Source of the DNA: Eubacteriales bacterium
GTDB lineage: Bacteria > Bacillota > Clostridia > Oscillospirales > CAG-272
Direction: 5' to 3'
Length of the DNA stretch: 64,000 nucleotides
NCBI GenBank assembly: GCA_045540175.1
Contig: JAZQGU010000047.1
Span: forward strand, 187 to 64,186
Each line of letters opens with the position of its first letter. The stretch's first letter is position 1. The position numbers and the translations under genes are program-made. Positions 58,795-64,000 of this stretch are shown piece by piece. The notes under the pieces were generated by a model. That model saw only the letters and a list, made by a program, of their open reading frames with translations. It had not been told where the DNA came from and did no database searches.

Positions 58795-60048
58795 TTATGA
58801 TAATTTATAGGTTCCGCCGGGATTTGCGGTTATATGTCCCATTATTTCAAGCATCGTAAGCTCGACGAGGATATCCGTTATTGCGCTTTCGGTCTTTGCC
58901 GCGATCGCGTCGGAGGTCATTTCGCCCTCTTCCATAAGAAGAGTCAGTATCTGTCGCTGTTTACCCTCGACTCCGCTCGGAATAGTGTACGTTTTTTCTT
59001 CCTTAACGGGCTTTTCGATCTTCTTTTCCGATACGCGTGCACGCTTTTCGGCGTTTTCTTTACGGTTTTCGGAAAAGCTCGGAGCCTCGTTTGCAACGTA
59101 GGTTGCGGGTGCAAAATTGCGCGATCTGATCGCAGTAATTTTGTTCAGATCTATTTTCGACGGATAGAGGTTCTGGTATTCAACCAAAATATCCGCCGCG
59201 CCCGTTACCATTTTCGCGCCGTTCTGTATAAGAATATTGCTTCCCTCGCTGCTCATTTCACCGACCTTGCCGGGAAGAGCAAAAACGTCTCTGCCCTGCT
59301 TTATTGCGGTTTCTGCCGTTATGAGCGCACCGCTCTTTTTCGGTGCTTCAACGACCAGCGTGCCAAGAGAAAGGCCGCTTACTATACGGTTTCTCATCGG
59401 GAAATTTCTGCCTATGGGAGCAGTGAACGGGCGGAACTCGGTCATAACGAGTCCGTTCTTTATTATTTCATTCATAAGACCGACGTGCTCACTCGGGTAC
59501 GCACGGTCGATTCCGCAGCCGAGGACCGCGACGGTATAACCGCCTGCGTCAAGGGCTCCTCTGTGCGCCATTCCGTCGACGCCCTTCGCCATGCCGCTGA
59601 CAACTACCGCGCCTCCGCGCGCCATATCGTAAGCCATAGTATAGGCAGTGCGCGAGCCGTATTCCGTCATATCTCTTGTTCCGACCTCGGATATACAGAC
59701 CTCGCGGTCGAGATCGACCAAAAATCCCTTATAGTAAAGCACTATCGGCTTACACGGGATCCTGTTAAGGCGCTTTGGGTAGAGTGCCGAATCGGGAGTC
59801 AGGATTCCGACGCCTTCGTTTGCACAGTATGCAATGATCTCTCTTGCACGATCGAGAGATTTATCGCAGAGCTTACTGAGCGAACGTGCCGTCAGATTCG
59901 GGATCCGCTCATAATCGCTTTTTTCTGCCGAATAGACCTTGTCGATCGACCCGAAAGCCGAGATCAGCACCTCGGGAAGCGCAGAGCCCTCTCCCAAAAG
60001 ATTCTGAAGCCATATCCAATATAAGTTTTGACTGCCGTTTAACAACAT
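58795..60048 (-). CDS. dprA: DNA-processing protein DprA
   Basis: VGTR, VSGMAKGVD..AH, FP.RNRI.SG, SGALITA. Confidence 0.96.
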   Translation of the reverse strand: MLLNGSQNLYWIWLQNLLGEGSALPEVLISAFGSIDKVYSAEKSDYERIPNLTARSLSKLCDKSLDRAREIIAYCANEGVGILTPDSALYPKRLNRIPCKPIVLYYKGFLVDLDREVCISEVGTRDMTEYGSRTAYTMAYDMARGGAVVVSGMAKGVDGMAHRGALDAGGYTVAVLGCGIDRAYPSEHVGLMNEIIKNGLVMTEFRPFTAPIGRNFPMRNRIVSGLSLGTLVVEAPKKSGALITAETAIKQGRDVFALPGKVGEMSSEGSNILIQNGAKMVTGAADILVEYQNLYPSKIDLNKITAIRSRNFAPATYVANEAPSFSENRKENAEKRARVSEKKIEKPVKEEKTYTIPSGVEGKQRQILTLLMEEGEMTSDAIAAKTESAITDILVELTMLEIMGHITANPGGTYKLS

Positions 60049-60053
60049 ATTAT

Positions 60054-60845
60054 CTATCCTTTATATGACTGCCACATAAATACCGTCGCGGCAACGGCGG
60101 CGTTAAGAGATTCGACGCCCTCCGCCATTGGTATATATACTGTACCCGACGCCGCTTTTATTACATCGGGGGAAATGCCGTGGCCCTCGTTTCCGATAAT
60201 GAATGCGGTCTTGCGTCCGACAGCAACCTCATTAAGCGGAAGCGATCTGTCATCTAGCACCGCCGCAAGGGTCGTATACCCGCCCTCGTTCATTTCTCTT
60301 ACCGTATCTGTAAGGCTCGGAACATAGGACATACCTTGGCTGAACAGCGTTCCCATAGCGGCTCTTACCGTCTTCGGATTATATATATCGGCACAGTCGT
60401 CGCTCATTATTATCTCGTCGATCCCGAAGGCTGACGCGGTACGGATGATCGTTCCGAGATTGCCGGGATCGCGCAGCGACGAGAGGACGATAACGCGCTT
60501 ATCGCTGTTTGCAAAGTCTTCCTTATTATATATTTTATTCATATTGTGGGATTTGTCAATATATTTTGCAACACAAATTATCCCCTCGGGAGCCTTTTCG
60601 CACGAGAGCTTCTCGTAAACGGAATCCGAAACGGTGATGACATCGCCGTTATATGCACTGTTTTTGCAGCATTCCGTCATCTTTTCGGTGGCAAAAACGC
60701 GGACGATATCCACGCCTCTTTTTACCGCCTCGTCAAAAAGCTTCACGCCCTCAAAAATAAAGAGGGAGCTTCTTTCACGGTACTTTTTCTCCTTAAGAGA
60801 TGCCGTTTCGATTATAAGCGGGTTGCTTCTGCTTGTTATAAGCAT
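60054..60845 (-). CDS. TrmH/SpoU family RNA methyltransferase
   Basis: ITSRSN, DPGNLGTIIRTA, GNEG.G, IPM...ESLN. Confidence 0.92.
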   Translation of the reverse strand: MLITSRSNPLIIETASLKEKKYRERSSLFIFEGVKLFDEAVKRGVDIVRVFATEKMTECCKNSAYNGDVITVSDSVYEKLSCEKAPEGIICVAKYIDKSHNMNKIYNKEDFANSDKRVIVLSSLRDPGNLGTIIRTASAFGIDEIIMSDDCADIYNPKTVRAAMGTLFSQGMSYVPSLTDTVREMNEGGYTTLAAVLDDRSLPLNEVAVGRKTAFIIGNEGHGISPDVIKAASGTVYIPMAEGVESLNAAVAATVFMWQSYKG

Positions 60846-60943
60846 AATTTTCTCCTTATGACTGAGTGAGATGATCACTCCGTTCATTTGCACTCTATTT
60901 GCCGCATCATTGTAGCACAAAATCGATGTTACTTTAATTTTGA

Positions 60944-61127
60944 TATACGGTTGCTTCGCAACCTACACCTCATCCGAGGCTCTGCCTCTTGCACCATTCC
61001 CCTGAGGGGAAGGCAAGACAACGCACGTATTCTTTGCCACGTCATTGTAGGGACGGGCGTCCTCGACCGTCCGCACATAAACGATGTTAATTATTTTACA
61101 ACGGCGGGAGCAAGCCCCCGCCCTACG
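60944..61127. repeat. REP-like cluster I
   Basis: GGTTGCTTCGCAACCTACACCTCATCCG..CCCCTGAGGGGAAGGCAAGAC and an inverted GTAG REP pair. Confidence 0.85.
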
Positions 61128-61150
61128 ATGATGTCCCACTCAAATACAGC

Positions 61151-61177
61151 AAAAACCCGGGCGAAGCCGGGTTTTTT
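61151..61177 (-). terminator. Terminator after rplT
   Basis: AAAAACCCGG..CCGGGTTTTT. Confidence 0.75.
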
Positions 61178-61189
61178 AGCTCAGATATA

Positions 61190-61543
61190 TTACTTAGCTG
61201 CCTTTGCCTTCTCACAAAGAGCTGCGAATGCTTCCTTATCGGAAACTGCGAGCTCAGCGAGCATCTTTCTGTTGAGGTTGATACCTGCGAGCTTAAGACC
61301 GTGCATGAACTGAGAATAGTTCATACCGTTAACCTTCGCCTGAGCGGAGATACGGGTGATCCAGAGAGAACGGAAGTCTCTCTTCTTCATCTTTCTGCCT
61401 GCGAATGCATAGTTGCCGCTCTTCATTACGGCCTGCTTAGCCATCTTGAAGTGCTTGGACTTGGAACCCCAGTAGCCCTTTGCGAGCTTGAGAACTTTAT
61501 TTCTTCTTGCGCGTGTTGTAACTGCGCCCTTTACTCTTGCCAT
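61190..61543 (-). CDS. rplT: 50S ribosomal protein L20
   Basis: MARVKG..LKLAKGY..KKRDFR.LWI.RI. Confidence 0.98.
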   Translation of the reverse strand: MARVKGAVTTRARRNKVLKLAKGYWGSKSKHFKMAKQAVMKSGNYAFAGRKMKKRDFRSLWITRISAQAKVNGMNYSQFMHGLKLAGINLNRKMLAELAVSDKEAFAALCEKAKAAK

Positions 61544-61574
61544 TTCTTATTTCCTCCTGTATTTTGGTAGTTGA

Positions 61575-61766
61575 TCAACCGATCATTGCTCTTACGTTGG
61601 GAGCCATGGACTCGCTGAGGTATCCTGCCTTACGGAGGTGTCTCTTGCGCTTGGTTGTCTTAAGGTTGGTCTGGTGACGGCGGTTGATATGGTTGAACTT
61701 AACCTTGCCGCTCTTGGTGAGAGAGAATCTCTTGGACGATGCCTTATGTGTCTTGATCTTAGCCAT
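61575..61766 (-). CDS. rpmI: 50S ribosomal protein L35
   Basis: MAKIKTHKASSKRF..T.SGK; lies between infC and rplT. Confidence 0.95.
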   Translation of the reverse strand: MAKIKTHKASSKRFSLTKSGKVKFNHINRRHQTNLKTTKRKRHLRKAGYLSESMAPNVRAMIG

Positions 61767-61861
61767 TTTGTTTTCCATTTCCCGATGACTTCTGAATTTT
61801 TTCGGGCGTAAACCGACTTCGGTCACCGTCGAAGCCGACCCGTTTGTCGCAAAGCGACTTA

Positions 61862-62449
61862 TTATTCGGTGGGTTTTTCTTCAGCCTTGGGCTTTGTTTT
61901 GCCGGGCTTGATGGGAGAGAGGAACATTATCATCGATCTGCCCTCCATTGCGGGCTGCTTATCAACGGTTCCCTTTTCGGCGCAAGCCTCCTCAAACTTC
62001 TTGAGAAGCTCTATGCCGAGCTCGGTATGACTGAGCTGACGTCCTCTGAACTTCACCATGACTCTGACCTTGTCTCCGCCCGAAAGGAAGCGGAGCGCGT
62101 GGTTTACCTTGGTATTGAAGTCGTTTACGTCGATATGGCAGGAAAGCTGGATCTCCTTGATCTCAGCGACCTGCTGCTTCTTTCTTGCTTCCTTCTCCTT
62201 CTTGTCGCGCTCAAAACGGAACTTACCGTAATCCATGATGCGGCAGACGGGAGGCTCGCCCTGGGGAGCGATGAGAACAAGATCGTAGCCCTTGTCGTAT
62301 GCGTTTTCAAGTGCGGATGCCGCGCTGATAACGCCGATCTGCTCGCCCTCGGGACCGATTACACGGACCTGCTTTTGACGGCTGAAGCCGGGGAGGGAGA
62401 AGATCGCCTCATTGATTGTCATATCCTTAGAATTGGTTTTTGCGGCTAT
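61862..62449 (-). CDS. infC: Translation initiation factor IF-3 (probable ATA start)
   Basis: INE.I, VR.I..G.Q.G, DLV, PPVCRIMDYGKF, FRGRQ; GGGGGTG SD then ATA at 62449. Confidence 0.95.
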   Translation of the reverse strand: MAAKTNSKDMTINEAIFSLPGFSRQKQVRVIGPEGEQIGVISAASALENAYDKGYDLVLIAPQGEPPVCRIMDYGKFRFERDKKEKEARKKQQVAEIKEIQLSCHIDVNDFNTKVNHALRFLSGGDKVRVMVKFRGRQLSHTELGIELLKKFEEACAEKGTVDKQPAMEGRSMIMFLSPIKPGKTKPKAEEKPTE

Positions 62450-62486
62450 GGTAGAACACCCCCGAAAAATTTTTTGGCACCCGCAT

Positions 62487-62613
62487 AAAAAATAAAAAAG
62501 CGCGGGCCTAAAGAAACAGATCCCGTGCAACACAAACCGCTTTCGCGGACAGATAGGATATCAACCGGCAAACCATTGTCTGACGGTGAGAGCGGTGCTC
62601 TGCTTCTTTTTAA
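62487..62613 (-). ncRNA. Ribosomal protein L20 leader (attenuator)
   Basis: AGAAGCAGAGCACCGCTCTCACC 5' motif and GCACGGG..CCCGCGC hairpin with U tract upstream of infC-rpmI-rplT. Confidence 0.8.
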
Positions 62614-62621
62614 GACAACTA

Positions 62622-62650
62622 ATTATAGCACGGCAATTCCGCTTTGTCAA
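62622..62650 (-). promoter_or_regulatory. SigA promoter of the infC operon
   Basis: Perfect TTGACA-N17-TATAAT with extended TG. Confidence 0.85.
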
Positions 62651-62783
62651 CAGCTTTTTGAAAAAAATTCAACTTTTTTTCGTTTCGTCAAACACTTGTT
62701 CTTGACAAAACGGATATTATGAGTTATAATTATCTCTCGAAGCGTCGTTTTTTGACGCAAAAGCACGAAAGGAGCGGATCAAT

Positions 62784-63185
62784 ATGCGTTTCAGCCCAAA
62801 CGGAAAAGAACACACAAAGCGTTTTCACCCCGACGACAGGCGTTGCTGCAAGGTCGAATGCGTTTGCGCCTGCACCGGTATACTCTTCTTTTTGCCGCTG
62901 GTTTCGGTTCCCGGCTCTCGTTTCGGAAGATATTGGGCAAATCAGGGGCTTATCATCCTGTTTTTGGAGCTTCTGCTCCTTCTCGCGGGATTCTTCCTCT
63001 CCTGGATACTCGGGCTCCTTACTCTGATACCGTTTATAGGCATTGTTTTTAACATCATCAAGGTCATAGCCTTAATTGCTCTCGCGCTTACAGCACTGTT
63101 CGCAATAATTCTGCAAGGCTCCTTCGCCGCAAGAGGCAGAGCGATAGACCTTCCGTTTTTCGGATTCATGAGATTTATAAAATAA
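62784..63185 (+). CDS. Hypothetical membrane protein (DUF4870-like)
   Basis: S.F.R..ANQGL motif, three TM segments, C-terminal LP..G; AAAGGAG RBS. Confidence 0.65.
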   Translation: MRFSPNGKEHTKRFHPDDRRCCKVECVCACTGILFFLPLVSVPGSRFGRYWANQGLIILFLELLLLLAGFFLSWILGLLTLIPFIGIVFNIIKVIALIALALTALFAIILQGSFAARGRAIDLPFFGFMRFIK

Positions 63186-63300
63186 ATCTTGACAAATTAC
63201 GTTCCCGAGGCGTTTGCCTCGGGAATTTTCTTTTTTTAACCGTTGACTATCGGCGCGAAATGTGATACAATAAGCCTGTATTATTTTTTGGAGGCGCATT

Positions 63301-64000
63301 ATGCAGACACTCGGATTCAATAACGACTTGTATATCAAAAAACAGTCTGAAATGATAGCTAAGAGAATAAGCGATTTCGGCGGAAAGCTCTACCTTGAAT
63401 TTGGCGGTAAGCTCTTCGACGACTTCCACGCATCGAGAGTGCTGCCGGGATTTGCCCCCGACATCAAGCTCAAAATGCTCCTCAACATGGCAGACCGCGT
63501 CGAAATGGTCATCGTTATCAACGCCTCCGATATCGAAAACCAGAAGATACGCGCCGACATCGGAATCTCCTACGACGCCGACGTTCTCCGCCTCATAGAC
63601 GCGTTCCGCGACTCGGGGCTCTACGTCGGAAGTATAGTTATAGGAAGATACACGGGACAAAAAAGCGCTGAGCTCTTCAAGGAACGCCTTGAGAGCCTCG
63701 GAATGAAGGTATACCTGCATTATCCCATTGAAGGATATCCGCTCAACGTAAAGCACGTTGTCAGCCCCGAGGGTCTTGGCAAAAACGAATATATCGAGAC
63801 CGAGCGCCCGCTCGTCGTCGTTACGGCGCCCGGACCCGGAAGCGGAAAAATGGCGACCTGCCTATCACAGCTTTACCACGAAAATCTCCGCGGAGTCAAG
63901 GCGGGATATGCAAAATACGAGACCTTCCCGATATGGAATCTGCCTCTTTCCCACCCCGTTAACCTCGCGTACGAGGCGGCGACCGCCGATCTTAACGACG
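63301..64000 (+). CDS. DUF1846/UPF0371 family protein (3' truncated by window edge)
   Basis: Manual translation [53 protein letters not shown]; GGAGG RBS; absent from the ORF track because there is no stop codon in the window. Confidence 0.9.
   Translation, partial: MQTLGFNNDLYIKKQSEMIAKRISDFGGKLYLEFGGKLFDDFHASRVLPGFAPDIKLKMLLNMADRVEMVIVINASDIENQKIRADIGISYDADVLRLIDAFRDSGLYVGSIVIGRYTGQKSAELFKERLESLGMKVYLHYPIEGYPLNVKHVVSPEGLGKNEYIETERPLVVVTAPGPGSGKMATCLSQLYHENLRGVKAGYAKYETFPIWNLPLSHPVNLAYEAATADLND

Noticed and set aside
61800-61860. Small hairpins between infC and rpmI as a separate ncRNA
   Set aside because: Short stems with no recognisable motif; L20 control is already explained by the upstream leader

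Overview
About 64 kb of chromosome from a spore-forming Clostridia-class Firmicute (roughly 50% GC by eye, probably an uncultured Oscillospirales/Ruminococcaceae-like lineage). Housekeeping blocks: serA, purC, pgeF, spoIIGA-sigE-spoVFAB, ylxM-ffh-rpsP-khpA, infC-rpmI-rplT with an L20 leader, and trmH-dprA-topA-trmFO-plsX-rnc-radical SAM. Accessory content: a yybP-ykoY (Mn2+) riboswitch controlling a P-type ATPase, three tandem orphan solute-binding lipoproteins next to a GH29 fucosidase, an orphan MazF followed by a HEPN/MNT pair whose MNT lacks its catalytic motif, and a Wzm/Wzt pyruvylated-glycan cluster. Also present are a two-gene cohesin/dockerin-like surface operon with no catalytic domain and a tandem pair of ~730-aa uncharacterised glycoside-hydrolase-like proteins where smc-ftsY normally sits. 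Intergenic DNA is dense with at least four families of palindromic REP-like repeats. One is a ~45-bp module inserted inside other REPs with 4-5 bp direct repeats; another is a ~110-bp structured element oriented the same way upstream of three genes. No tRNA, rRNA, CRISPR array, transposase, integrase or reverse transcriptase was recognised. All calls come from reading the sequence and motifs; no database searches were run.
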